DNA from: Octopus vulgaris
Lineage: Eukaryota
DNA: 64,000 bases
Direction: 5' to 3'
Assembly: GCA_951406725.2 (NCBI GenBank)
Contig: OX597816.1
Coordinates: 44,702,001 to 44,766,000 of the forward strand
Position numbers and translations under genes: made by a program. Below are positions 39,997-55,049 of this stretch, in pieces. The notes under the pieces were generated by a model. It saw only the letters and a list, made by a program, of their open reading frames with translations. It did no database searches and had not been told where the DNA came from. The first letter of the stretch is position 1. Every line of letters begins with the position of its first letter.

Positions 39997-40535
39997 CACT
40001 AGTATACACAGGTGCACGCACGCATTCAGATATATTTGTGTGTGCTTATGAACATCTAATTCTTTTTCCTTTATTCATAAACCATGAGACACATCTGTTA
40101 TGCTCAAAACATTCACATGTCGCTTTTCTTACTGCTGAAAAAGACATGACGTCAACCGACATCAGTGCGGGTGTTTACTAACCAATGAAAGGCATGTGTT
40201 CTATTTTGAAACGTCATTTGCTATTAACACGATTTTTATTCCATCACTACTGACTGAAGACTGTTACTGTTACGCGGGAGAACTTAGAATTAATATAGTT
40301 GTAGTCTACTCTGCTAGAGAAGGTGTCAAATCACCAAAGATCAGAAGAAAGGCTGGAATAATTCGCGGAATATTTTCCGACATTCTTCAGTGCACTTCGA
40401 GGCAAGCTTGGGGAAAGACCCTGAATGAAGCTGCACAGAATATTATGCTCAGTTACCTGTGCAACGGCCCATACTCTGTGCAGGGGCAACACATGTAAAT
40501 CGTCGTAACCATAAAAATACGCTGTATGATATACC

Positions 40536-40767
40536 TATTTCTTTACAACCCACAAGGGGCTAAACACAGAGGGGACAAACAAGAACAGACAGACAAACGG
40601 ATTAAGTCGATTATATCGAGCCAGTGCATAACTGGTACTCATTTAATCGACCCCGAAAGGATGAAAGGCAAAGTCGACCTCGGCGGAATTTGAACTTAGA
40701 ACGTAGCGGCAGACGAAATACTGCTAAGCATTTCACCCGACGTGCTAACGTTTCTGCCAGCTCACCG
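40536..40767 (-). mobile_element. SINE-A', full length
   Basis: TSD ACGCTGTRTGATATACC at 40519-40535 and 40768-40784. Confidence 0.92.
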
Positions 40768-41186
40768 ACGCTGTGTGATATACCGTAACATATAAGGAAA
40801 TAAATATCCTCTATCGTTATAATTATTGCATACATAATGTGTATATATGAGTGTATATATAATAAAAGTATACTGTGTGGTATACTGTAAAATATGCGGA
40901 AATAAACTTTGAGGATGGACCAGTCACCATATTCTCTATCGTTATAATTATTGCATATATAATGTGTATATATGAGTATATATACATGTATATATGTATA
41001 TATGTATATATGTACGTGTGTACGTACGTATGTATATATGTATGTATTCAGTTATACTTTATGTATACATATCTGTATGCAAAATTTTGAACTACCCAGT
41101 CACACTTCTGTATACATAAATGTGTGTAGGTAGGAAGGTAGGTAGGTAGGTAGGTAGGTAGGTTTATATGTATGTATGCATGCATA

Positions 41187-41243
<57 letters not shown>

Positions 41244-41541
41244 GTTCCTGGATTTTCCTGAAGAGAATGTTGCAAAATGGTCTCCTTATTCAATCCGAAT
41301 TAGGGAATTTGCATCCTTTGAAACATGTGTAGAAAATAATAAAAATGAATTTTGTAAAATCTTCGTTCAGCTCCATTTCTTCCCTCACTAAATATAAAAC
41401 TTCAATTATCCGCACTAAGGCACGGTTGCGATACCCCATGGTCGTAACCTCAACCGTGATTTTTCTGTTGTGATTTTTGCTACCCAGGTATCGGTTATAA
41501 TTTGAATAATCCGTAACAAGATAATTCATTTATCCATTTCA

Positions 41542-41583
<42 letters not shown>

Positions 41584-43374
41584 ATTATATATATATGAGC
41601 ACATGCATATGTACATGTATGCGTATGGTTCGTAAAATTCTGTTTCCCATAAGCAGTGTATTCAATAGAGTTCCCTCTGTGTGTGCGCACATGTGTGTGT
41701 GTGCACATGTGTATGTGTGCTCGTGCGTGCGTATGTTGCAACGTGCACCTTTGTGTGCACGGAAGCGGACGATGGTGTGGTTAACTTTGCGTTTAAATCT
41801 AGTATTCAAGTGGATATCAGTAATCGTTAGTGACTGTGAAACTGATCTGAGAATGGTAATTTATATCTATTTCTGCTTTATATCGACTGGGAATTGCTGA
41901 TGTCTCCTCGGTTACCTGCCTCATGCAATGCTATAAATTCAATCATATTGTCACCTAAAAACATTCACATACGAACACACATACATATACACATACATAC
42001 ATACATACATACATACATACATAAACGAATTATATCACCAACCCGACTCCCTGCTGATACACCAAAGATTTAAGCGAGCACTCCACCATTTCTGCCAATC
42101 CATCTCAGTTTAAATATATACAAATTTACTTATTTGCTGTGGGTGTAACTCTGCGGAAATTATTGAGCACCGACTTAAATCGTTGTAGTACATAACGTCA
42201 GTATTTGGAGTTCAAATACGAGAAGAGTTAAGCTTCTTTCTCATCACAATTCGTTCTTTTAATACAAATGGATTTAATCGTCTAAAACAACTTAAATAGT
42301 TTTTTTATCATGAAAATTTGTCCTAATGTTAAAAACACATGAAACTGACATCATTTATTGAATTCAGTCAACTAAATACCAGTAATACGAAACACGAATT
42401 CGTGAAATACCGAGAAAGAGGAAGTATAACACTTTTGGGGTTCGTGCTATGTAATAGTGTGCAAAAAATGACGATGACCAACCTTTCTTCCAAGGCATTT
42501 GTTTAATACTTCTTGCGAGATATTTGTTTAATATCTGATGAATGACATGAGCCAGAAACGTCAGTGTTTTCACTCCAGCCGGCAAGTAAATATATTTAAC
42601 ATTCCACAGTCCCCTTCTGACATATTATTGCTGGGGTAGTTCTTTGCCAGTTCTCTCATATTCCAGATTTTACCCTAGCAGGAATATACTATCACCCGTT
42701 GATTCACTAAAATATCGATTCTATTCCATTAGTGTTATCGTTGCTTAGCCCAGGCCAAAGATAACAGATCACACGAAAGATATTTCAGCCATAACCATTC
42801 TGTCCTTTTATTGATATCAATGATTATTTTATCTATTGACTTTCACTTTTGTACGGCAACAGCAGGAGATTTGAAGGAACTTTCATTGCTACCTTTAAAA
42901 ATTCCAGGCCACGTAGAAGCTATAATGTTGGCTCGCTTTTGTCGTTGGAGTTATATTTTATCCAAGGTCAGTCCTGATCAAACACACCCATTTTTAGTGA
43001 TATTCCTCTCGTAATCAACTTATCTCATCTCTAGCTGTTTTGCACTAAATTATCGAATATGTCCTTTCCATTTTAAGAAGAGAACATAGGGAAAGACAGG
43101 TAAGTGATGTTATCCGATGAGGCGGGTATCACCACTTTCATCTTCCATTTTCACTCTCTCTTTTTTATCACACGTTTATATTTTTGGCGTTTTATGTCCC
43201 CAATATGTTGTTTGTTTCTTAGATTATGTATGTACGTATGTATGTATATATGTATGCCTTTATTTATACTTTATGTATACATTTCTGTATGCAAACTTTT
43301 GAACTACCCAGTCACACTTCTATATACATATATGTATGTTTATGTGTGTGTAGGTAGGTAGGTAGTTAGATAGG

Positions 43375-43474
<100 letters not shown>

Positions 43475-43686
43475 CAGATAGACGAATTCGTATATTCGTA
43501 ATTATGCAATTATTTCTTTCTGCCTATATCATTTACATAGACATCTGTCATAGCCTCGACTGAATTAACTAGAGACAGAACACTCACAGACTAAAAGAAT
43601 TTTTAAACGAATTTAATTTTAACTATACACACACTCATACATATATATATATACATCGTACATACATTCGTACACACATATGCAGC

Positions 43687-43798
<112 letters not shown>

Positions 43799-43914
43799 CT
43801 TCCTCTCTATAATATGTATGTACGTAAATGCACGTCGACATTCTGTACATGCAAATGTATACTCCGCTCCACACACACAAACACACAAATTCACACACAC
43901 GTACACACACACAC

Positions 43915-44001
<87 letters not shown>

Positions 44002-44019
44002 ATATATATTTATATGTAT

Positions 44020-44066
<47 letters not shown>

Positions 44067-44719
44067 TTTTTATGTATGTATGTATGTATGTGTGTATGTA
44101 TGTAAATATATATAGATAGATATATAGGGGTGTGTGAATGTGTGTGTATACATCGAAATATATATATAATACTACAGTTAATAGAAAGCGATGGTTATGC
44201 GAAATGTCAAACGAAAAATGTCAGTATAACATAGACGTGCAGCTTATGCAACACATCACACGAGAGAGATGTAAATATGCGACACAACTGCAAGGAAAGA
44301 CCGTAAAATGGTTTTATTACATCGTAAAAGTTTCATTTCATTGGCTGAACAATTACCTGACGAAACAACTCAATTTAACTGCTAACGATTTGTTATAGCT
44401 TTCAGTGTCACCCATAACCACACACATCAACATTACTACCGCTGAAATGTTGGCATCCTATGTTTAAAGTTGTTCTACTACAATCACTGTTCAATATTAA
44501 GAGTATCTATAAGAGATTGTGTAGATCTAGGACGATATACCGCGAAAAAAAAATCAAAAGCAGTAATGTGTTTCACAGTTCGTTTTCTTATCACCACTAT
44601 GATGTTCAGTATGGGATTAAGTTACTTAATGTTCCTTAGGTTCTAGTACTGAGCTCGTTGAGTTCAAGTCTTTGGGTGGTCTGAGAAAATGTAAAGGAAT
44701 TAATTCCAAGTAGTTTCAG

Positions 44720-45185
44720 CTATCAATCACTACGCTGAATGAATGTATGTGTGAACAACATGAAGAAATTGTCAACATATAAAGATCTCGAAATAGAGAT
44801 AACCCGAATGTGGGTTTTGAACAGGAGCCAGGGGCTGTGATGGAGAATAATGGTAATAGGATGTTATGGAAATTCTCCAAGTAGATTAAACATGTATAAA
44901 GAGGACAAGTAATCGAAACAGCGTATGATAAAAAAATATTTAATAGCATGACAGGTGGATACCAAAGAAATATGAAAATAAAATGCCAAATAGAAATATT
45001 GCCAAAGATATGAAGTCTTTGGAGATGATTAAGACGGCAACTATTCCTGTGGTAATTGGTGCACTTACCATGACTGCTTCCTAAAAGAATGAAGGCTGTT
45101 GTAATAAGACTTGTATTGTTGAATCTGCTGAGATGCATAACCTTGCATTCTGCAAAAATCCTAAGGAAATTTCTGAGATTTGAAG
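44720..45185 (+). mobile_element. R4/Dong-like LINE C-terminal remnants
   Basis: KLSTYKDLEIEITRMW and IPVVIGAL...LHSAKILRKFL motifs of the restriction-like endonuclease tail. Confidence 0.6.
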
Positions 45186-45279
45186 ATACTTGTCACCGAA
45201 ATTTAAGTCTGTCTCTGCTAAAAATTATAGTATGTATCAACGACATCAACAGCGTCAACAACAACAACAACAACAACAT

Positions 45280-45670
45280 TCCTTTCTACTATATGCACAA
45301 GGCCTGATATTTTGGGGTAAGTCGATCACATGGGAACCCAATACTCATCTGATACTTAATTCATCGACCCCGAAAAGATGAAGGGCAAAGTTGACCTCTG
45401 CGGAATCTGAACTCAGAACGTAGCGGCCGACGAAATACCTATTTCTTTACTACCCACAAGGGGCTAAACACAGAGAGGACAAACAAGGACAGCCAAACGG
45501 ATTAAGTCGATTATATAGACCCCAATGCGTAACTAGTACTTATTTAATCGACCCCGAAAGGGTGAAAGGCAAAGTCGACCTTGGCGGAATTTGAATTCAG
45601 AACGTAGCGGCAGACGATATACTGCTAAGCATTTCGCCTCGCATGCTAACATTTCTGCCAGCTCGCCAGC
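45280..45670 (-). mobile_element. SINE-A' inserted into or joined to an older SINE-A (junction 45439/45440)
   Basis: Two consecutive cores gaccccgaaa..gaa.ggcaaagt.gacct; A' tail starts tatttctttactacccacaagggg. Confidence 0.88.
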
Positions 45671-45675
45671 TTAAA

Positions 45676-45676
45676 T

Positions 45677-45771
<95 letters not shown>

Positions 45772-45773
45772 TG

Positions 45774-45851
<78 letters not shown>
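45676..45851. repeat. (CAA)n/(TAA)n microsatellite
   Basis: Directly visible. Confidence 0.97.
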
Positions 45852-45889
45852 TTTGGGAGCTCGAAGAGAAGCCTCTGCAGGGCCAATTT

Positions 45890-46535
45890 TGGGGAGTCAC
45901 TGAAAACGTACGGGGATTTAGTGAAAAAAAGGGCAATTAAAAAAGAGAGAGCCTAAATGTAGCACCCCAAGATCAAGCGAAATTATATATATATGGAGAG
46001 AATGTGTCAGAAAAAGGTAGACTCTGTAGAACTTGGAACGTGGCAGTGGCACACCTTGTGGAAGAATGCCCAAGTGGGCACCGGAAGAATATAAGAAATG
46101 GAGTCACGACCAGGTTGCAAAAGTCCTACTCTGAAAACTGTACCAGAAATGGTGATTTGGAGCTGGAAATATATTTTACAATCATTGAGTTGAAAGAGTA
46201 TTAGAGTCGGAGAAATGTAAGATTTTGTGGGACTTACCTCTTTAAACGGACAAGAAGTTAGAAAATAATAGACCAGATATTACAATTATAGATAAGAAAA
46301 AGCGAAGTTGCTTACTTACCGACCCATCATACCTGCTTCTTTTTAGGATCGTAAAGAAAGAGGAAGAAAAATAAAGAAAATAAAATCCTTTAAAATTTGA
46401 AATAAGAAGAATTTGACGCATGCTAACTGTAAAGGTCGTGCCTACGATAATTGGTGTGTTGGAAACAGTAAGCCAAGATATAGATAAATGTCTGAAGGAG
46501 ACTGAAATAGAATGTCCAGTAGAGCTCCTAGCTTA
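45890..46535 (+). mobile_element. R4/Dong-clade LINE remnant (zinc knuckle plus restriction-like endonuclease)
   Basis: RLCR..VAHLVEEC...HDQVAK; KILWDLPL*TDKKLENNRPDITIIDKKKRSCLL; LKFEIRRI*...VVPTIIGVL. Confidence 0.8.
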
Positions 46536-47432
46536 GGCTAGCATTTTTAAGGACAACGTTTAATTGATACCATAGACGCCTATTTTGCAATGGTATTTAT
46601 CGGCCCAGGAGGGATAGAAGGCAAATTTAAGCTTAGCAGGAATCGAGCTCAGAAGATAAAGAGCAGGAGTACATACCAACCAGATTTTGTCCGACATTAA
46701 TTAACTCCATGCAAACCAGTTGATAATACTACTTGCAATATATATCTGCCTCGTGTATATCTGTTTCTCCTGGCTTCTTTACCGATGAGGTGTAGCCTTT
46801 GGTAGATTGACTTAATTTGATTTAATTAAGCTGGTTTGCCATAAAAAAACACCGAAACAATGCATTGTCTAAAGAGGAATAGGGTAAATGTTTTTTAATT
46901 TTTCTTTAATTTCTGAATTACTACTACTTGGCGGTTTGAGTCCTGGTTGCTCTTTCTAGTGGGTCGAATGGCCTATTAAGGCCATTCCTCAATTGTTGTT
47001 GAATTTATATATATAGTCTATGGCTATTTTCTCTTTCTCACTAGACCGCTGGTGGCGAAAAAATTTCTATTGAATTTTTTGATACCCTATATTGATTAAT
47101 ATATATATATATATATATAAATTAAATTAGAGATAAAACCACTATTAGGCAAATCAAACAGTGAAAATATAAACCAAAACATAAAAATAAAAATAATTAA
47201 TATAATACACAAAATATATAAAAAATATAAAATTTAAAATTTAAATTATTTAAATCTAAAATTATTAATTTATATTTATAAATTTTTATAATTTTAAAAA
47301 TATTTCTTAAATTTAAATTAATAATTTTTTTAATTTTTTAATTTTTAAACTTTTTTTATGTAAATATATTTAACTATCAAAAAGTATTAAAAAGTTTAAT
47401 ATAAGATAAGTAAAACCACTATATATACATAC

Positions 47433-47486
<54 letters not shown>

Positions 47487-47559
47487 ATATGTGTACATTC
47501 CCAGCACAATGACAATGTTATAGTAACCATGTCAAAATCAAGTATTTACAACAAAATAT

Positions 47560-48420
47560 CAAGGAACCAGAAAAAGAACTAAAACTAACCGAAAAAGATT
47601 ATGAAGATCATAGAAGCCACTACAGGAATACTTAGCTAAATATACTACTGCTGCAGTAAAGGGCATCCAGAATAAAACACATATAATCACAGAGCTATCA
47701 GAGTTAATACTGTGAAGAGCCGAACTGAAAGAATAAAGGAAATCGGAGATAAAGTAATATGAATGAACACGGATCAACATACACACTCACCAAAGGTAAA
47801 AACTAACAAGCAATAAATATATATAGTTAGGTCCTCCAAAATATTTTGGTCTTGAGAACAATCTGCTCAAGTATAGAGAGATTGAATGAGATGATTGAAT
47901 GAGATTATCTATTCTCTAACAGAAGTAGTATCAAGGAAACCCAGATGTAATTAGTCCCCTCAGCCAAATTATATATGAAAATGGATATAATGCTTATAAT
48001 AAAAAGGACCTAATATGAGAATAAGAAAACAAATAACAAAATTATCAATAAGGAAGAAGGCATCCAAAAGTGAAACTAAAAGCTTACGCAAATTATATCA
48101 TCAGCACAAGCAGCCTGCGATGCTTTGTAAAATGCGAAGGCGTCTTTGTAGAGGATAAAGTATTTCAATCGAATACCAAAAGATTTCACAAGTACATGAA
48201 CAAAGAGGTGAAGGACACACTAACATCAATGCAAAATCAAAAGTGTTTGGTGAGTGTATTGGAACAAAGACATTCAAAGCAATATCAAATCACGATCCAT
48301 AGAAAAGGAAAGAATAAAAACACCACAAGCAACGTTCAGCATAAACAACAACGATTCGCCAACATATCAAGAACTGTAAGATCGGAAACAAGCGGTTGAA
48401 GGAGGTCTCCAATTTCTGAC
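47560..48420 (+). mobile_element. Possible decayed R4/Dong-like pre-RT region
   Basis: LRCFVK...KVFQSNTKRFHKYMN resembles the RLxRYxxR...NxxFxxNxKxFY segment. Confidence 0.35.
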
Positions 48421-48615
48421 CGATGTAACGGACCAATTTCTGTGAAATGCTGAATGCTAAAACTAAATCACTATTCAACAACGAAAGTAACGACTGGTCC
48501 ATACAGTTACTAGCAAAACAATGATTGCAGTTTCTAGACTCGCAAAAGCGTCTGAAATATTCCAAGGATATTACATTTGGTCTTCATTTTACTGAATGTT
48601 TCTTACTGTTTATAG

Positions 48616-48808
48616 GGATGTAGGAGTGGCTGTGTGGTAAGTAGCTTGCTTACGAACCACATGGTTCCGGGTTCAGTCCCACTGCGTGGCACCTTGGGCA
48701 AGTGTCTTCTACTATAGCCTCGAGCCGACCAAAGCCTTGTGAGTGGATTTGGTAGACGGAAACTGAAAGAAGCCCGTCGTATATATGTATATATATATAT
48801 ATATATAT

Positions 48809-48856
<48 letters not shown>

Positions 48857-49055
48857 TGTGTGGTGTTTATCCCCACCCCTAACATCGCTTGACAACCGAT
48901 GCTGGTGTGTTTACGTCCCCGTAACTTAGCGATTCGGCAAAGGAGACCGATAGAATAAGTACTAGGCTTACAAAGAATAAGTCCTGGGGGTCGATTTGCT
49001 CGACTAAAGGCGGTGCTCCAGCATGGCCACAGTCAAATGACTCAAACAAGTAAAT
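48616..49055 (+). mobile_element. SINE-B, full length
   Basis: Collinear with other SINE-B copies. Confidence 0.93.
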
Positions 49056-51175
49056 GAAAAAAAAAATGTAGCAAGTCTGGAATGTTAAATGGGAAGCGGG
49101 AGGATATAGTTCCTTTACCACGTTTCGTGTGTGTTGCTTCTGCACGATCATCTCTTCTGCATTGTTAAACTGCTTGACCAGGATATCAAGTTGTCCTTAG
49201 ACTTAGAGGAATGCAAAAAAAAACGAGACAAATCGGTCAATGGAACTGTGATTTGAAACACCAGCCAGGGAAGTAATATAGGGGCTGTAACGTTAAGAGT
49301 GCTAAAAGTGTTTGGGTATCGATCGATCTGACTTAGCCTTCTCTGTGAAAGGTGTCCCAGTGATAAATATCTTTGCAGTGGCATCTATAATAAATGACAG
49401 GAAGTACTGGCTTGGAATAGGATAGAACTCAATTCCACAGACGAAATCTACAAGAAATCTACTTAAAAACAGTCAACTGCAACAGGACACCCAACGACTG
49501 TACATTCCTAGAAGAGGGATCACTAAAGGTAGAACAATATAAGCAGCGTAGAACATTATAAAAAGACATTCAAGTTGCCCTCTATCTTTCCAACTCAAGA
49601 AAAGACTACAACTTTCTCCTGTTGACTACAATTATAAAGTAAGTAGCAAATCTATTCTTTCCACGGCAACAAGATTCTTACACGAAGTGAATTTTCAATT
49701 CGAACAGCTACTGTACCAAAAACAGTAGCGAAAATGGACATATAAATGACACACACACCTGTCATGGTACACAATCATGGAAGCTTGATTTTCATGGCTA
49801 ATAGTGATCATGAAACCAAGTATATATGGCCAACATGCATTAATCAAACTTCGATGGAACAAAAGCAAGAAAATGTGCGATAGAGGGACTTCCTATCACT
49901 GCAGGGTCTATGACAAATGTCACTTATGAAGAATTTTCTGAAACAATATATGATATAGTGTCAAAATGCTTCACACTAGCTAAGGTAATATATACTTAGT
50001 GATACAGTCATGCTACGTAGTTGAACTACATACGCTTAGCAAGCAAGAGCTCTCGGGTACATTTATGAAACTCTACCTATCTTAGAAAATGATACTGTTA
50101 AAATACGGGTGAGTACGAGCTATCAAATAGACCACTAAATAGCACATAGTAATACTGGAATTATTCTCCATAATAAAAATGATGTATTGGTATCCTGATC
50201 CTAAATTACTTTTATGGTGTGTAGATGTGTTTGGGAAAGCTTAAAATTATACCAACTTAGATAAGAAGTATGGAAAGATATGACTTAGAAAGAACAATCA
50301 TACCAGTTCACCGTCTAAGAATATTCTTAGATACTGCAGCCTCAAATTAAGACTCTGTACTATCAGCCACATCCTACCAAAACCACTATGAAGAAGATGT
50401 TGGCAGCAGTGGAATAGTGAAATCCATCCCTCATAGAAATAGTGAAATCCATTCCTTCTAGAAAAAAGGAAAGAGCAGACTCTCCAATGTGATCAGAAGC
50501 GGCCTGGTGTTGGCACAGTAATCCCCCGCCTCTACCACATATTTTGGAAATTGCTTCCTTTTAAAGCATTTCTAAGTAAGACTTGGCATCTTTGCCGTAA
50601 TTTCTTCCCTGTCCTTATTCTCCTGAAGTAAAGGCTCGAACAAGACTGCAAGCAATTTAACTGCACCGAGGATGTCGTGGTTTGGTGGTGGTGGTGGTGG
50701 TGGTGGTGGTGGTCATTGTCATGGTGATGAAGATGATCATGATGAGGATGATGACAAATCCAACGAAAATGGTCGGCATTACACCAGAAATTACAGAGGA
50801 AAACTTTCAATGTTGTTCATTATCATATTTATTGTTATTGTAATATTTCCTTCTATGAACCATGTGATATCATGTAATAAAAAGATCTCTGAGCCACCTG
50901 TTTGTTATGATATTTATTACAACTAAATATGCTTACAAGGTAACACAACAACTATGAAATGACTAGCATCTCTCTTTGAAATATAAATAATTGATATTTA
51001 ATAAATGCGAAACCATTAAAGTTGCTGATATAGCTTTGGGGTTAAGAAGTTCACTTCGGAACCATATGGTTTTAACTTCGATCTCACTGTGTGGCGTGTG
51101 GTACCATAGGCAAGTGTTACCTAGTATAAGCTCGAGTTGAACAAGGCTTTATGCATGAAGTTAGTAGAGGTAACC

Positions 51176-51407
51176 TATTTCTTTATTACCCACAAGTGGC
51201 TAAACACAGGGGGAACAAACAAGGACAGACATAGGTATTAAGTCGATTACATCGACCCCAGTGCGTAACTGGTACTTAATTTATCGACCCCGAAAGGATG
51301 AAAGGCAAAGTCGACCTCGGCGGAATTTGAACTCACAACGTAACGCAGACGAAATACAGCTAAGCATTTCGCCCGGCGTGCTAACGTTTCTGCCAGCTCG
51401 CCGCCTT
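51176..51407 (-). mobile_element. SINE-A', full length, nested in an old SINE-B (~51020-51700, +)
   Basis: 18-bp TSD AAGTTAGTAGASGTAACC at 51158-51175 and 51408-51425. Confidence 0.93.
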
Positions 51408-52775
51408 AAGTTAGTAGACGTAACCAGTTAGGAAGTCTTTCGTGTGTTACGTATATGTGTGTATACACATAGACATATTTATTGTTATATGTGTTTTTGT
51501 GGATGTTCCTTGGTTATGTTCTGTAAACTAGTGGTTTAGCAAACTGAAACCGATAAACATCAAACTTAGAATAAGAAATAGATTAGGTAATGGCGTAAGT
51601 AAAAAATAAGGAATGAATCGATTAAAAAATAATAAGATTTAAGGCGAGTTGCCACAGCATGGACGCAGTTCAATGACAGAAACAAGGGACAAGAACAGAA
51701 GAATATATGAAGAGTAAAGTATCAGTCAATATATCCAGATGGCAGTTTCGAGAAACTTTTTGGTCAGAAAGCTGTTTAGTATGTTATCAGTAAGTAGGAG
51801 CAAACACACATACAAAGAGAGACAGGCAGACAGACAGAGTGTAATAGAGAGATGGAGATGAAGAGAAAGGGTCATTCTTACTGGCTGACATATATTGTGC
51901 TATTCATTTTGCTAAATATTGTTGCATGCTGGGAGAAAAAGAAAAATGAGATAGTGTATAAAATTGAATAAAAATGGCGGAGATTTTGCTGTCATGTTGA
52001 TAAATATTTTTGCGTGGGGTGAAGACAATACTTGTCATAAATTGATAAATAGAGAACAGAGTTATGTAATGGAGCTACGAATTTTGTGATGAGAAGTGAT
52101 CCATTTCTATAGTGACGGTTAGTGAAACACTATTGTGAAGTAAATCTATCGTTCATGTTGGTAATAAGAGAAAACAGAGCTGACCGCCATCAGATTGATG
52201 GCCAAGGAAAACGATATATCATAGATCACTAGACTTTGGCAAACATACTTCATATTTATTGATCGCTAAGTTCTTTCAGCAAACCCACCAAAAATAATAC
52301 AGTTATAATGATGTTTGATGCACCAACGAATTTCTTTACTTATTTATTTATTTTGGTTCTAGAAATTATATTTGATATACAAGTTACTTTCAGCTGCCTT
52401 CCGTTTCTATCAATTTGCTTTCTTGTTTTTCCTTTTACATTTCTCAACCTCATCTCTTTTCGTTTGTTTTCTATTTTTCTATTCCTCATTCTATTTCTTC
52501 ATTTACATTTAATATATTTTTTATTATTTACATTCATTCACATACATATTGATGAGTATATATAGGGATGATTGTGTTTTCATTTCTGTATGTACAAACG
52601 TTTGTTTTCTATACGTACATTTTTCTATATCCAAATGTGACATATCTAATAAGTTTCTAAAACCTATGCACAGCAAAATGCTCTTTATATGTATGCGTAT
52701 ATAAATACATATCATGCCTGTAAGTGTATGTATATGTGTGTTTATAACATATTTATACATATCTGATTATGTATA

Positions 52776-52857
<82 letters not shown>

Positions 52858-53199
52858 TATATAATATATATTCATGTGAAATGGTGTGTTGAAACAGATG
52901 TTGTTCTAGTTCGGGATGGTCATTTTATTCATTATCTTCTCTTTTTTTTTTTTTTTGCAAAATAAACACATGCACTATTTTTTTTCATTCGTTTATTACT
53001 GTTATTTTATTATTCTAACTCCTGTCCATTATCCGGAAATATTTAGTCACACATCTGTGGCCTCTTCAGCGACACTTTTCGTTTCCATGTGTGTTTTTGC
53101 TCCAATTACTGGAGCAGCACTGTAACAACAACATCACAAACATACTACTCTATAACAACTATGCCTGCCCTAGATATAGAAGTAATTACGTGAATAGAA

Positions 53200-53780
53200 G
53201 ACAAAGGGTTTGTGACAAAGCAAACAGTGTGAACACGTAGCACAATACCGACAAATATCAAGGGGTGATGTTTGTAGGGGCTACAGTTCATGAAAAACTA
53301 GCCCGTAGATTTAGGAAAGCTCTGAAGGAGGCCAAACTCAACACTAGGATCGTTGAAAAGCCAGGAATGTCCATCAGATCACAACTATGTAGGACGTACC
53401 CTTTTGAGAATACCATATGCACCAATGATAACTGCATGGTATGTAGGATTAACCCTGGCATTAACTTTAGAATTAGAATTGTAGTCTACAGCATAAGGTG
53501 CATAGAAGGTGCTTGTAAAGACAAGAACATGATATACATAGGTGTGACATCTAAGAACATTGCGAAAAGACTAAATGAAAATTTGAGACAATATGACGAC
53601 AAAAAACAGTCCTCCATATTCTACCAACATGCCAAGAACTAACATGGAGTCAACCTGGGTCAACTTGACATCCGCATTTTTTATCCAAGCATTCGAAGGA
53701 CCCAACACTCAGACAAATACAGGAGTACGTCCTCATAAATGAAGCATCCCTAGCATTAAATAGGAAATATACTTGGTAGG
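53200..53780 (+). mobile_element. Penelope-like element remnant: GIY-YIG endonuclease with Cys-rich linker
   Basis: ORF 53265-53642: ...CTNDNCMVC...VVYSIRC...IYIGVTSKNIAKRLNE...YQH, then an in-frame stop. Confidence 0.8.
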
Positions 53781-54482
53781 TAGTCATACCACTAAACCCA
53801 CAGTTTATATATATATATATTATATATACAGGTAGAATAGTTAGTGGGTTGTTACGTAGATGTATTTATGTGTATGTGTATATGTATACGTATATGTATA
53901 TGTGTATGTAGGCAAATGGATATGAATGTAAGTAGATAGACACACAGATAGATACGTGCATAGGTAATATGAACAGACATACACACACAAGGAAACAAAG
54001 ATACACAAACACACCTGTAAACACACACTCACATATACAAACGCACAAACGGAAACACACAAACACATGAATATGCAGAAAGCATACAAAGCTACACACA
54101 TACATGCATATATGTATACAGACACACATACATGAATACACACACACATACATACACACATACATACATACATACATACATACATACATACATACATTCA
54201 TACATACATACATACATGCATGCATATGTGTATGCCTACACACATACAAACAAACGAAAAGAACCCAATGGATAACGGACAGAGTCAATGACTATTGAAA
54301 AGGTTGCAAGAGGCAACGAAACTTTTAGAAAAAATTGATAAACGAGTGGACATTTAAACGGTGAGTGTGTTAAATAATAAGGCACTAAATGAGAATGACT
54401 CTCCCCAGACACAACAAAATATACTTTAACACACGAACAAATATAAAGAATCTTGCAAACCAAGTCCCAAAACTATATATAA

Positions 54483-54532
<50 letters not shown>

Positions 54533-54809
54533 GAGTACGCATTAATGAAACATGTATATGTGTATATACATACATATATAGATAATAGATATATATATGC
54601 ATATATATGTATATGTAAATATATATATATATATACATATATATATAAATAAATATATATATATATATATTTATACATATAATATATATGCATATATATA
54701 TATATATGCATGTGTGTGAGTCTGTGTAAAAACAAATGTACAAATATAACATCTACAGATACTATATGTATAAACTTAGGATATATATTTATTTATAAAA
54801 GTATGTGTA

Positions 54810-54883
<74 letters not shown>

Positions 54884-54890
54884 GTGAGTG

Positions 54891-55049
<159 letters not shown>

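Noticed and set aside
47170-47420. Extremely AT-rich tract resembling a mitochondrial control region (NUMT)
   Set aside because: No adjacent mitochondrial tRNA, rRNA or protein sequence; low complexity alone is not evidence.
50672-50926. Gly/Asp-rich ORF MSWFGGGG...
   Set aside because: Built on (GGT)n/(GAT)n; no recognisable domain or splice support.
51968-51985. YY1-like AAAATGGCGG
   Set aside because: Isolated motif with no supporting promoter context or sustained ORF.
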